Shown: positions 35,414 through 45,326 of the stretch, in pieces
Layout: each line of letters starts with the position of its first letter
How positions within the stretch are numbered: position 1 is the first letter of the stretch
Origin: Candidatus Saccharimonadia bacterium
Lineage (GTDB): Bacteria > Patescibacteriota > Saccharimonadia > UBA4664
Direction of reading: 5' to 3'
DNA length: 64,000 nt
Assembly: GCA_035544015.1 (NCBI GenBank)
Contig: DATKIP010000076.1
Coordinates: forward strand, 299-64,298
Made by a program: the position numbers and the translations under genes
The notes under the pieces: generated by a model
Database searches by the model: none
Seen by the model: only the letters and a program-made list of their open reading frames with translations
Told to the model about the DNA's origin: nothing

Positions 35414-36870
35414 AGCCAAACGTATCAACCAGCCCGACCGCCCAAACCACCGCCCTGGCCGGCGTCTCGCTCGCCTTGGGTCTGCTATTTGACTGGCTCT
35501 TTTACGGCAAGATTCCCGGCATCTCGGTTGTAATCTATGTCGTTGCCATCATGGGCGGCCTCTTTGCGCTCGCCGCCTACCTGGGCCGTCGCCTGCCGGC
35601 GCCGGCCCTCTGGTTGCTCTTGCCGCTCGGATTCTTCGCTGCCATGGTCGCCGTCAGGGCCAGTCATCTGCTCGCATTGCTCAATATTCTCGCCAGCCTG
35701 GCCCTGTTGCTGCTCGTGGCACGCCTCACCTTCCGTGACGATCTCCGAAGATTCAACCTCGCTGACTATGCCAAAATTCCATTCCTGCCGCTGAAGTTCC
35801 TCAGGCCGCTAACTCGCACGGTCGCCGAGTTTTTCGCACTCCGATCGGCGGTAAAGAATCATCCTTTGGCCGTCCAGATCACCAGGGGCGTCCTGCTGGC
35901 CATCCCGGTCCTGATCGTCTTCGTGACCCTTTTTGCCTCGGCCGATCTGGTTTTTCAAAAATACGCCATCGATGCCTTCAACCTAAAATTAAACTCCACG
36001 GCCGTGGCGCAGACACTTCTGGTCACTTTCGTCACGCTTGCATTTACGGGAGCCTACTCGTATATCTTTCGACAACCAGAGGATGAGTCGCCCGACGCCG
36101 CACCCGCGACGGCCCGGCTGCGCCTTGGTAAGATCGAGATCGCTATTCTACTCGGCGCCGTCAATGTTCTCTTCTTTCTTTTTATCCTGGTCCAGTTGGC
36201 CTACCTGTTTGGCGGTCTCAGCAACATTTCGGGCCAAGGCTTCACCTACGCCGAATACGCCCGCAAAGGTTTCTTTGAGCTCTTGGCCGTGGCCATGGTA
36301 GCCTTCGGAATGCTCTGGGCGGCAGACAAAACGGTCGCCAAAACTACCGCCGGCCATAGCCTCGCCTTTCGCCTTCTGAGCAGTGCGCTGATTACCCAGG
36401 TGATCCTCATTATGGTTTCCGCTTTCAAACGGCTATACCTCTACGAGCAGGCTTACGGGTTCACCACGTTGCGCCTCTACAGCCACGGTTTTGTAATTTT
36501 TCTAGCGGTCATATTTGTCCTATTGCTGGTCAAGATCTTAAGAAATCAGGCCGAAAACCACTTTGCCTTTCCGGCCTTCATTACCGCCATTGTGTTTCTC
36601 GCCGCCCTGAATGTGCTCAACCCCGATGCCTTCATTGCGCGCCAAAACCTCGATCGCTTCCATCAAACCGGCAAGCTCGATGGTGTCTATTTTGGCGGGC
36701 TCTCCGAGGATGCCCTTCCGGAGGTTAAAACCGCCATCGATGTCACCACGGGCGATACCAAGCAGCAGCTGATCGACTCCCTCGCCACGCGTTCTGAGCC
36801 CTCCGACTGGCAATCCTGGAACCTAGCCCGCAGTCGGGCCGGGTCCATAATTGACAATTACCCGGAGTAA
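35410..36870 (+). CDS. large polytopic membrane protein (DUF4153/DUF4173-like)
   Basis: About 12 predicted TM helices. The start overlaps the HTH gene stop. Confidence 0.5.
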   Translation: MKPNVSTSPTAQTTALAGVSLALGLLFDWLFYGKIPGISVVIYVVAIMGGLFALAAYLGRRLPAPALWLLLPLGFFAAMVAVRASHLLALLNILASLALLLLVARLTFRDDLRRFNLADYAKIPFLPLKFLRPLTRTVAEFFALRSAVKNHPLAVQITRGVLLAIPVLIVFVTLFASADLVFQKYAIDAFNLKLNSTAVAQTLLVTFVTLAFTGAYSYIFRQPEDESPDAAPATARLRLGKIEIAILLGAVNVLFFLFILVQLAYLFGGLSNISGQGFTYAEYARKGFFELLAVAMVAFGMLWAADKTVAKTTAGHSLAFRLLSSALITQVILIMVSAFKRLYLYEQAYGFTTLRLYSHGFVIFLAVIFVLLLVKILRNQAENHFAFPAFITAIVFLAALNVLNPDAFIARQNLDRFHQTGKLDGVYFGGLSEDALPEVKTAIDVTTGDTKQQLIDSLATRSEPSDWQSWNLARSRAGSIIDNYPE

Positions 36871-36877
36871 TAATAGT

Positions 36878-37135
36878 ATGAAAAGTATTACAAGCGAACT
36901 CACCATGCTACCCAAAATCTATGGCACCACTACCCTCAATGAAAAAGGCCAAGCCGTCATCCCGGCCGACGCTCGCAACGCCATGGGGCTCACCGCCGGC
37001 AGTAAGCTGCTGGTGATGGGGCACCCGAACGGCAAGGGCTTGTTTTTGATCACGACCGAGCAGGCCGAACACATGCTCAAGCATTTTGCCGATCTATCCA
37101 CAGCCATTAAAGAATCAAGGAGCACAGGTGAGTAG
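36878..37135 (+). CDS. AbrB/MazE/SpoVT-type (looped-hinge helix) DNA-binding protein
   Basis: TTLNEKGQAVIPADARNAMGLTAGSKLLVMG matches the SpoVT_AbrB signature. The start is ambiguous between Met at 36878 and 36905. Confidence 0.55.
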   Translation: MKSITSELTMLPKIYGTTTLNEKGQAVIPADARNAMGLTAGSKLLVMGHPNGKGLFLITTEQAEHMLKHFADLSTAIKESRSTGE

Positions 37136-37829
37136 TATTCTCGAAGTCCAAGGTCTTACCAAATCCTACGGCAAAGGCGCCAACGCTTTTACGGCTTTGC
37201 ATGACGTTTCGATAGCTGTAGAAAAAGGCGAAAGTCTGGCCATTTTGGGCAAGAGCGGTTCGGGCAAGTCTACGCTCATGCACCTCATGGCCCTGCTCGA
37301 CAAGCCCACCGCCGGCACGGTCAGCATCGACGGCCAAGACGCGAGCAAAATCGCTGCGCGCAAACTCAACGCCCTGCGCAACAAGACCTTTGGCTTCGTC
37401 TTTCAGCAATTTTTCCTCAACGCCAACGCCAACGTCCTCGAAAACACCATATTGCCCCTCAAGATCGCCGGCGTAAGGAGCCGCAAACGCAAACAGCTCG
37501 GACTAGAGGCGCTCCGGCAAGTCGAGCTCGACGACAAGGCCCGCAACAAGGCCAAGGACCTCTCGGGCGGCCAGAAGCAGCGTGCCGTGATTGCTCGCGC
37601 GCTCATCAACCAGCCCCAGATCATCTTTGCTGACGAACCCACCGGCAACCTCGACAGCACCACTGGACGCAAAATCGAAGATTTGCTGTTCTCGCTCAAC
37701 AAACAGCACGGCATCACGCTTATTCTCGTGACCCACGACGAAGACCTGGCCGCCCGGTGCGACCGCCAAATTCACATTAAAGACGGCCTGGTTGTCGGGG
37801 CCAAGGAAAAGGAATTGGTCCGGCTATGA
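37128..37829 (+). CDS. ABC transporter ATP-binding protein (MacB/LolD/FtsE-like)
   Basis: Walker A GKSGSGKST, signature LSGGQKQR, Walker B IIFADEPT. A GTG start has an AGGAG RBS. Confidence 0.9.
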   Translation: MSSILEVQGLTKSYGKGANAFTALHDVSIAVEKGESLAILGKSGSGKSTLMHLMALLDKPTAGTVSIDGQDASKIAARKLNALRNKTFGFVFQQFFLNANANVLENTILPLKIAGVRSRKRKQLGLEALRQVELDDKARNKAKDLSGGQKQRAVIARALINQPQIIFADEPTGNLDSTTGRKIEDLLFSLNKQHGITLILVTHDEDLAARCDRQIHIKDGLVVGAKEKELVRL

Positions 37830-39124
37830 GACTCATCGACATCTTCACCACTGCCAGCGGCAACATGTTTCGGAGCAAATTACGCACCTCGCTCACCATT
37901 CTCGCCATTTTCATCGGCTCCTTCACGCTGACCCTCACCAGCGGGCTCGGCACCGGCATTTCCAGCTATATCGACAAGCAGGTCAACAATCTCGGCGCCA
38001 AAGACGTTATGCTCATCCAGGCCGCCGACACCTCGGACGATGGCCCCGGCGGCGGCGATAGCGGCCCCAAGCCCTACAATCCCGCCAAAAAGATTTCCGC
38101 GACCGCTTTCGGTACCGCTACCACGGTTCTTACCAACGCCGACATTGCCAAGGTTAAGCAGGTTCCCGGCATCAAGAGCGTCGAGCCAAACTTGGTCGTG
38201 ACGCCCGATTACATCGTGGGCACCAATAGCAAGAAATACCAAGTGTCGGCCAATCCCTACATCACCGGCACCAATATCGACCTCGCCGCCGGCTCGCAGC
38301 TCAGCAACGCCGCCACCGAGTACGACGCCCTCCTGCCGGTCGAGTACGTGTCGGTGTTGGGCTACGCGAGCAATCAAGCCGCCGTTGGCCAATCCATTAC
38401 GCTTGGCATCTCTGATGGCACCGGCACGCAGCACCAAATTACCGCCACCATCAGGGGCGTGCAGCAAAAGGGCCTCACCAACTCGGGCGGCATGAATACC
38501 AATACCGCCCTCACCAATGCCCTCTTCAAAGCCCAAACCATTGGCCTGCCGGCCGCCGTCACCAACAGCTACCAGGCGCTCATCGCCAAATTCGACTCAG
38601 GCTACACCGACGCCCAAATCACCACCCTCAAAGACGATCTCAAAAAACACGACTACAAAGGCACCACCTTCCAAGACCAAATCGGCACCTTCAAGCAAGT
38701 GATTCGCGGCATCATCCTCGTGCTCGACGCCTTCGCCATCATTGCTCTGCTCGCGGCCAGTTTCGGCATCATCAACACCCTCCTCATGTCGGTCCAAGAG
38801 CGCACCAAAGAAATCGGCCTGATGAAAGCCATGGGCATGAGCGGCCCCCGCATCTTCCTGCTGTTTAGCACCGAGGCCGTCATGCTGGGCCTGTGGGGCA
38901 GCCTGATCGGCGGCGGCGTCGCCATCGTGGTGGGCCACATCGCCAACGCCATCGTCGCCAAGGGCTTCCTCAAGGACCTCGTCGGCCTCCAGCTGCTCAC
39001 CTTCCCGCCGGCCCAGGTCGCCGGTATTGTCGGTATCGTCATGGCCATCGCCTTCCTCGCCGGCACCCTCCCGGCCTTCCGCGCCGCCCGCCAGAGCCCC
39101 ATCGATTCCTTGCGGTACGAGTAG
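37826..39124 (+). CDS. ABC transporter permease, FtsX/MacB family
   Basis: N-terminal TM, a large extracytoplasmic domain and a C-terminal FtsX 3-TM bundle. It overlaps the ATPase stop. Confidence 0.85.
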   Translation: MRLIDIFTTASGNMFRSKLRTSLTILAIFIGSFTLTLTSGLGTGISSYIDKQVNNLGAKDVMLIQAADTSDDGPGGGDSGPKPYNPAKKISATAFGTATTVLTNADIAKVKQVPGIKSVEPNLVVTPDYIVGTNSKKYQVSANPYITGTNIDLAAGSQLSNAATEYDALLPVEYVSVLGYASNQAAVGQSITLGISDGTGTQHQITATIRGVQQKGLTNSGGMNTNTALTNALFKAQTIGLPAAVTNSYQALIAKFDSGYTDAQITTLKDDLKKHDYKGTTFQDQIGTFKQVIRGIILVLDAFAIIALLAASFGIINTLLMSVQERTKEIGLMKAMGMSGPRIFLLFSTEAVMLGLWGSLIGGGVAIVVGHIANAIVAKGFLKDLVGLQLLTFPPAQVAGIVGIVMAIAFLAGTLPAFRAARQSPIDSLRYE

Positions 39125-39151
39125 CGCGCATTTCCCGGAAGAATTAAACTC

Positions 39152-39634
39152 ATGACCCCACTGATCATCTTCACCGCCCAATACCTCCACCTCGCCATCC
39201 TCGCAGTGGCTGCGGTGGTGTGGCTGACCCTACCCCGCGAAGATAAGCGAAAACTAGCCCTCACCGCGCTCCTTGCCGCAGTCATTGGTTTTGCCTTAAC
39301 CAAGGTGGCGGGCGCGCTTTACTACAACCCGCGACCCTTTGTCGCCGATCACGTCGTGCCGCTCATTTACCATGCCGCCAATAATGGCTTCCCGTCGAAC
39401 CACACGGTGCTCGCGATGTTGGTAGCCCTCTTGGTCCTGCAGGTGTCGAAACGCTGGGGCATAGTGCTGGTCGCCGCCGCCCTCGTGGTCGGCGCTGCCC
39501 GCGTAGCGGCCGGGGTTCACTCCCCGCTCGATATCGCTGGAGCGGTTATCGTTGCGACCGTTGCGGTCCTCGTAGCCCGAGAAGGGGTCGGCCGAATCTG
39601 GCCAAATGGGCGAAACATCGGACGGGCGTCCTAG
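39152..39634 (+). CDS. PAP2-family phosphatase (undecaprenyl-diphosphatase/BcrC-like)
   Basis: PAP2 motifs KxxxxxxRP (YNPRPF), PSNH and SRxxxxxHxxxD (ARVAAGVHSPLD). Confidence 0.75.
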   Translation: MTPLIIFTAQYLHLAILAVAAVVWLTLPREDKRKLALTALLAAVIGFALTKVAGALYYNPRPFVADHVVPLIYHAANNGFPSNHTVLAMLVALLVLQVSKRWGIVLVAAALVVGAARVAAGVHSPLDIAGAVIVATVAVLVAREGVGRIWPNGRNIGRAS

Positions 39635-41325
39635 CTCTCCTGAAACGCCTCGGGCCGAATATGGCGCGGGAGCAAAAAGCTCAGTCCAAACACAATCACC
39701 AACAATCCCAGCGCATACTCGACACCCACCTTGAACGCATGGGTGAAGTTCGCGTTGTTCACCTGCTTGGCCGCGTCGGTGAATGCCGTCGTGAGCACTT
39801 GATTGACCGGACCGGCCTCAGACTGCTTGCAGCTGTCGGGCGTCACATTGGCGTCGGTCTCGTTCACGCGGTCTTCGTAGCAGGCCTTAAAGCCCGCGAC
39901 AATCGCCGTCTGCGCCTCGGCCGGCACGTGCTGCTCGGTGAGCTTGGCCTGGAGCTGCGGCGTCACCTGGTCGACACTCGCCGCCGCGTGTGCCGTGAGC
40001 TGACCAAAGAACACCACGCCAATGGCCGCCACGCCAATGGCACCGCCCAGCTGCTGCACGGCGTTGAGCACGCCCGAGGCGGAGCCGGCGTGGTTGTGGT
40101 CCACGTCGTTGAGCACCACCGCAAACACCGGCATCATGATGAGGCCCATGCCCACGCCGATCGGCACCAGGCCAGGCGCGATCACCCAAGGGCTCGTGGC
40201 CAGGCCAAAGTGGTTCATCACCCACGCCAGGTAAATCAGGCCTGAGCTCATCACGAATGTCCCGAGCGTCATCGAATACCGCCCCAGTTTCGGAATCACC
40301 ACCGGCGCCAACACCGCAAACGTGACCGCAATTCCGATCGAGGTCGGAATACCCGTCAACGCGGCCTTCACCACGCTATACCCCAGCCCCACTTGCAGCA
40401 TCAGCGTCGAAATCAAGAAGTAGCCGATCATTACGCCCTCGAACACTACATTGGTGAGCAGGCCCAAGCTAAACGACCGCTTAGCAAACAGCGCCGGCAG
40501 CACCAGTGGCGAGCCGTCGACCCGCTGCTTGCGCATCTGCCACCAAGCAAACAGCGCAAACGCCGGCAGCGAGGCCGCCATCGACCAAAACGTCCAAGCC
40601 GGCCACCCCAATTCACGCCCCTCGATGAGCGGGAACACGATCAGCGTCAGCGCCACCATCACAATGCCGGTTCCCACCAAATCCAGCTTCAGCGGATGCG
40701 CGCTCTTGCCGGCCGGCAGGTACTTGCGTGCGGCCCAAAAGGCAAACACGCCCACCGGAATATTAATGAGAAAGATCGGCCGCCAGTCGAGGCCAAAAAT
40801 ATTGGCTTTGATGAGCAAACCACCCACCACCGGCCCCAGCGAGGCCGCGATGCCCGCCATGCCGCCAAACAGTCCGTTGACCTGCCCCCGCTCCTCCGGC
40901 GGGTACATCACTTGCATCATGCTCATCACCTGGGGCACCATCAGCGCCGCCATCGCGCCCTGCAGCAAGCGCGCTACGACCAGCACCACCGGCGTCCAGG
41001 CCACGCCGCTGAGCAGCGACGCCACCGTAAACCCGGCCACGCCCCACATAAACACCTTACGGTAGCCAAAAACATCGCCCATCCGCCCGCCGGTAATCAG
41101 CAGGAGCGCAAAGCTCAGTGCATACCCCGCGATCAACCATTGAATCGTCGTGTAGCTCGCGCCCAAATTAGCCTGGATCGACGGAATCGCGATGTTCACA
41201 ATCGTAGAGTCCAGCAGATCCATAATGAACGCCAGCGCCACCACAAACATAGCAATTTTGCGATGCTTCACGGATAGATTTTGCGAATGCTCGCGGGCCG
41301 AGAGGGGAGTAGCTTCGGGGGACAT
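39631..41325 (-). CDS. MFS transporter, DHA2 (EmrB/QacA, 14-TM) drug:H+ antiporter family
   Basis: 14 TM segments. MFS motif A GRMGDVFGYRK. Long C-terminal tail. Confidence 0.85.
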   Translation of the reverse strand: MSPEATPLSAREHSQNLSVKHRKIAMFVVALAFIMDLLDSTIVNIAIPSIQANLGASYTTIQWLIAGYALSFALLLITGGRMGDVFGYRKVFMWGVAGFTVASLLSGVAWTPVVLVVARLLQGAMAALMVPQVMSMMQVMYPPEERGQVNGLFGGMAGIAASLGPVVGGLLIKANIFGLDWRPIFLINIPVGVFAFWAARKYLPAGKSAHPLKLDLVGTGIVMVALTLIVFPLIEGRELGWPAWTFWSMAASLPAFALFAWWQMRKQRVDGSPLVLPALFAKRSFSLGLLTNVVFEGVMIGYFLISTLMLQVGLGYSVVKAALTGIPTSIGIAVTFAVLAPVVIPKLGRYSMTLGTFVMSSGLIYLAWVMNHFGLATSPWVIAPGLVPIGVGMGLIMMPVFAVVLNDVDHNHAGSASGVLNAVQQLGGAIGVAAIGVVFFGQLTAHAAASVDQVTPQLQAKLTEQHVPAEAQTAIVAGFKACYEDRVNETDANVTPDSCKQSEAGPVNQVLTTAFTDAAKQVNNANFTHAFKVGVEYALGLLVIVFGLSFLLPRHIRPEAFQES

Positions 41326-41466
41326 AACGAACCAGATTCCTTGATTTTTATTATTACGAAATAAGTTAATTATCTTAGATAGATTACGGGATCAACTGTG
41401 GAGCGTCAATGTTAAAAAGCAATCCCAGACAGGATTGCTTTTTAACGTATCCGAACTCCAGCCGGA

Positions 41467-41778
41467 TTACATCGGCAGCGTTTCGTATACCCGCACCGCA
41501 CCGCCGGGCACATCCAGCACCGGGCAGCCTTGAGCCAGCGCCACGGCGTCGTCCATGCTGGCAGCCTTTACGATGGTGTAGCCGGTGGCCGGATGGTTTT
41601 CGATCGTGCTCACACCGCTCTTCTCTACGGCCTGACCACCATCCGCAAACGGATTGCCGGCGTCTACGAGGCTCGCACCGAGCTCACCAAACCAAGCTTT
41701 CCAAACCTTCGCCACCTCTTTCATGGGCATGTCGCCCGAAATCGGCTCATTGTAATACACGAATACATAATTCTTCAT
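41467..41778 (-). CDS. small alpha+beta protein (YciI/Dabb-like?), hypothetical
   Basis: 103 aa, MKNYVFVYYNEP start. Weak resemblance only. Confidence 0.35.
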   Translation of the reverse strand: MKNYVFVYYNEPISGDMPMKEVAKVWKAWFGELGASLVDAGNPFADGGQAVEKSGVSTIENHPATGYTIVKAASMDDAVALAQGCPVLDVPGGAVRVYETLPM

Positions 41779-41817
41779 CTATGTACTCCTCTCTGCCCCA
41801 CGCGGGGGCGATAAAAA

Positions 41818-42156
41818 TTATGGTTGCTGTAGGCCGGCAATGTAGTTTTCCAACGTTTCCTCGTCGTTGCCCCACTCCGTCCGGTATTGCATCATCCAAT
41901 CCTGGGTGGTGCGCAACGTTTGCTTATTGAGCGCGATGAAATTGGTGCGGCCGGCTTTTTTGCGAATGATCAGTCCGGCGGCCTCAAGCGCACGAATGTG
42001 CTTATGAATGGCCGGCAGTGACAGATCATGCTCGCGCGCTAGTCCCGCGATGGTCGCCGGACGAAACGACAGATCGTGCAGCATGTCGCGGCGCTTTTGG
42101 TGCGCCAGCGCGCCAAAAATCTGGTCAAGCTGGATGGGGATATTTGAGTCGTACAT
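41818..42156 (-). CDS. ArsR/SmtB-family HTH transcriptional regulator
   Basis: ALAHQKRRDMLHDL...ATIAGLAREHDLSLPAIHKHIRALEAAGLI is a winged-HTH of the ArsR type. Confidence 0.8.
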   Translation of the reverse strand: MYDSNIPIQLDQIFGALAHQKRRDMLHDLSFRPATIAGLAREHDLSLPAIHKHIRALEAAGLIIRKKAGRTNFIALNKQTLRTTQDWMMQYRTEWGNDEETLENYIAGLQQP

Positions 42157-42226
42157 AAAGTTAACCTACGAGTTAAGTTTATGGAACAAACCCATTGCTG
42201 TCAATCCTCAATCTCGACAGTGTATT

Positions 42227-42898
42227 ATGACCATAAGCATTACAAAGGAGCGCCAGCCTATCGTGAACAAGCGTTATCTCATTATGATTTACCGGGTCGC
42301 ATTTGCCCTGCTGTGCCTCTACGCTATCGGCGTGCAATATCGGTATGGAATGCAGGGGCAAGGAATTGATTTTATCCCCGCCAACTTTTTTAGTTTTTTC
42401 ACCATCGAAAGCAATCTCCTCGCTATTCTCATCTTCCTCATCGCCGGCCTACTAGCGGTAAAATTACCCAAACCAACCACGGCTTGGGTGCAGCTGCGCG
42501 GAGCCGCCGTGCTGTACATGACGATCACCGGCATTGTGTACGTCACGCTCCTTTCAGGTCTCGAGGAATCGCTGCAGACGCCTATCCCCTGGATCAACTT
42601 CGTGCTGCATTATCTGATGCCGGTGGTGGTGTTGGCCGACTGGTTCCTCGATTTGCCGCGCCTGCGGCTGAGCTTTAAGCAGGGATTGGTATGGCTGATT
42701 TTCCCCGCCGCGTATTTGGTGTATAGCTTGGTGCGCGGTCCCGTTGTTGGCTGGTACCCGTACCCGTTTCTTGATCCCCAGGCGCAAAATCAAGGCTACG
42801 CGGGTATTGCCGTGACGGCCGCCGTGATGCTGGGCATAACCCTTGGCTTCATCGCTGCCCTCACCTGGACCACCCGGCTGCGCGCCCGCCGGGCCTAG
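42227..42898 (+). CDS. Pr6Pr-family (FAR-17a/AIG1-like) membrane protein
   Basis: Six TM helices with the Pr6Pr pattern. The start was reassigned to MTISITKERQ. Confidence 0.55.
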   Translation: MTISITKERQPIVNKRYLIMIYRVAFALLCLYAIGVQYRYGMQGQGIDFIPANFFSFFTIESNLLAILIFLIAGLLAVKLPKPTTAWVQLRGAAVLYMTITGIVYVTLLSGLEESLQTPIPWINFVLHYLMPVVVLADWFLDLPRLRLSFKQGLVWLIFPAAYLVYSLVRGPVVGWYPYPFLDPQAQNQGYAGIAVTAAVMLGITLGFIAALTWTTRLRARRA

Positions 42899-42977
42899 GG
42901 CGGACCCGTCGATGAAGATTAACCGCCCTTAATTAAGCTGGTTAATCTTCATCGGTTCGAGATATAATCAACCCATC

Positions 42978-43745
42978 ATGCCCATATCCACCCCCACCCT
43001 CAAACCGCCCACTGCGTATGCCCTCCACGACCACGACGTCGTCATTGGCGAGCGTGTCGACCACTACATCCTCAAAGTCAAAGACCTCCCCAGCGAGCAA
43101 AAACCCCGCGAAAAACTCCAACGCATGGGCCCCGAAACCCTCAATGTGGCCGAGCTCGTCGCGGTGCTTTGGGGCGTCGGCACCAAAAAGGAAGAGGTCC
43201 TCGCCATGGCCCGCCGCATCACCCGCGAGTACGGCGAAAAATCCATCGCCACCGAAACCAACCCCGAAAAAATGGCCAGCGCCCTCGGCATCCCGCTGCA
43301 CAAGGCCTGCCAGATCATCGCCGGATTCGAGCTTGGCCGCCGGTTCTTTGCGCATCAGGCCGGCCGCCAGATCTACGTCCGCAATGCCCGGCAAGCCTAC
43401 GAGTATCTCCACGACATCGGCGACAGCAAAAAAGAGCGCCTCCGCGGCCTCTACCTCAACAGCCGCTACCAGGTCGTTCATGACGAGGTCATCTCTGTCG
43501 GCAGTCTCACGGCCAACATCGTCCACCCCCGCGAAGTCTTCCAGCCGGCCATCGAGCATGGCGCAGTCGCGATCATCATCGCGCACAATCACCCGTCCGG
43601 CAGCCTCGAGCCCACCGCCGCCGATCGCCAAGTCACCCGCCAGCTACAGGAGGCCGGCCGGCTGCTCGGCATCGATGTGCTCGACCACCTCATCATCGCC
43701 GGCGCCCAATACATAAGAATCACGGAGGACCAACTCTCACAATGA
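42978..43745 (+). CDS. radC: RadC-like JAB/MPN domain protein
   Basis: The N-terminal part is HhH-like. The C-terminal JAMM motif reads AIIIAHNHPSGSLEPTAADRQVT. Confidence 0.85.
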   Translation: MPISTPTLKPPTAYALHDHDVVIGERVDHYILKVKDLPSEQKPREKLQRMGPETLNVAELVAVLWGVGTKKEEVLAMARRITREYGEKSIATETNPEKMASALGIPLHKACQIIAGFELGRRFFAHQAGRQIYVRNARQAYEYLHDIGDSKKERLRGLYLNSRYQVVHDEVISVGSLTANIVHPREVFQPAIEHGAVAIIIAHNHPSGSLEPTAADRQVTRQLQEAGRLLGIDVLDHLIIAGAQYIRITEDQLSQ

Positions 43746-44026
43746 GTACAGCAGTCTATCAATTACCACTCGCCGGCGGCCTCATCTTCCACGCCGGCTA
43801 TCAAGCCGAATTACTCCAAGACGGCGACATCGACACCAGTCAGTTGGAGATCGACGCCCAAGTGCGCTCCGGGTACTACTTTGTCACTCTCGCCACCACC
43901 CTCGAGGCCATTGCCCAAAAGCTGCCCCATGAGCAACTCTCCTCGCGTGTCATGCTCGATAAGCTGACCCAAGATCTCGAATACCTGCACCAAAATTACG
44001 TCATCATTAAGGAGCCGCGCGCCTAA
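43742..44026 (+). CDS. hypothetical protein
   Basis: 94 aa ORF overlapping the radC stop. No motif. Confidence 0.4.
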   Translation: MSTAVYQLPLAGGLIFHAGYQAELLQDGDIDTSQLEIDAQVRSGYYFVTLATTLEAIAQKLPHEQLSSRVMLDKLTQDLEYLHQNYVIIKEPRA

Positions 44027-44073
44027 TCACCGCATCACAGCTCGCTATCAGCAAAAACCGTTACGGTACCCTC

Positions 44074-44493
44074 ATGAACCGCCTCGCCCGCAACGCCCAC
44101 TATCTGGCCTGGACCATTGTGGCGCTTTCGGTGGCTATGAGTTTATATTTTTCCGATATTCGCGGGTTTGTGCCCTGCAATTTGTGCTGGTACGCGCGCA
44201 TCCTCATGTACCCGCTGGTTGTCATCATTGGCGTGGGCATCCTGCGGCGTGAGCGGCATTGGGTCGCCTATGCCGTCCCGCTCGTGGGTGCCGGCTGGCT
44301 GCTCGAGCTCTACCATTCGTTGCTCCAATGGGGGATTGTGCCCGAGACTCTCGCTCGTTGTATTGCGACAGTGCCGTGTACTACCAAGTACATCAACTAT
44401 TTCGGCTTCATCACCATTCCATTTCTGGGGCTGCTGGCTTTCACCGCCATAGGTGTATGTTTGTGGCTCTATCATAGGGCAAACATCGATTAA
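44074..44493 (+). CDS. disulfide bond formation protein B (DsbB/BdbC family)
   Basis: Four TM segments with Cys pairs PCNLCWY and CIATVPC in the two periplasmic loops. Confidence 0.8.
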   Translation: MNRLARNAHYLAWTIVALSVAMSLYFSDIRGFVPCNLCWYARILMYPLVVIIGVGILRRERHWVAYAVPLVGAGWLLELYHSLLQWGIVPETLARCIATVPCTTKYINYFGFITIPFLGLLAFTAIGVCLWLYHRANID

Positions 44494-44545
44494 ATTCGGG
44501 CCATCACGGCTGCGGAAGCGGGGCCTCGTTACCGAGGCCCCGTCC

Positions 44546-45157
44546 CTAACCTCCCGACTCGTGGCCCCCAATCGAGGTAGCTACTTCGCTCCAGAGTGCC
44601 CGGCCGGTCGGACCGAGCTCTCTCAGGGTCACCTGCACCATCACGCAGAGCGCGGCCACGCCGATATATCCCGCCGCCCGAGCAAAGTAGGGCACGGCGA
44701 GCGCCGCCACCATGATGGCGACAGCTCCCACTGTATCGGCCAGCAAATGTGCCGAAAGTCCGACATGGCCATGGCAGTGGGTGAGGCGATAACACGCAAC
44801 GTTGACCACCAGGCTCCCAAAACCCAGGAGAAAGAGCAGACTGGTCTCCCGGCCTCCCGGCTCAATCATCCCGATGGTGAGATCACTCTGCGTGACCAGC
44901 CCGCCGGCATACGCTGCGGGTGCGGATACACCCAGCAGAAGGCGGGTAATTTTTTGACCTCCACCGCGCACGAACGGATGCCTCGAAGTAGCCAGGGCCT
45001 CCTCTATAAGGTAGGCCACGCACAGCACGAGTGCGTCCATGAGATTGTGTATGCCGTCGGCTGCCACGAGACTGCCGTGGGACTGTACGCCCGAAACCAG
45101 GATCTCACCGGTTCCCAGGAGCATAAAACCGACCACGGCCACGAGCACGGCCATCAC
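44546..45157 (-). CDS. cation diffusion facilitator (CDF) family transporter, short form lacking the cytosolic C-terminal domain
   Basis: TM2 and TM5 HxxxD motifs (HNLMDALV; HLLADTVGAVAIMVAAL). Confidence 0.65.
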   Translation of the reverse strand: MMAVLVAVVGFMLLGTGEILVSGVQSHGSLVAADGIHNLMDALVLCVAYLIEEALATSRHPFVRGGGQKITRLLLGVSAPAAYAGGLVTQSDLTIGMIEPGGRETSLLFLLGFGSLVVNVACYRLTHCHGHVGLSAHLLADTVGAVAIMVAALAVPYFARAAGYIGVAALCVMVQVTLRELGPTGRALWSEVATSIGGHESGG

Positions 45158-45326
45158 CTCCAGAGGTGTCGATGTAGGGGGTTAAGCTTGAGGCCCGGCA
45201 TTACGCCGACCCCCAAGCGCCCAATGTACGTGGTCCCTCGCGTTTATGCAAAAAAACTGCATATACAACAAAAACTGCAACACCCGTCGATACTCACGCC
45301 GGCCCAAATCCTGTAACCTAGAAGCA

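Noticed and set aside
44453-45316. 287-aa plus-strand ORF overlapping the CDF transporter gene
   Set aside because: The CDF HxxxD motifs are on the minus strand. The plus-frame product is His/Arg-rich nonsense.
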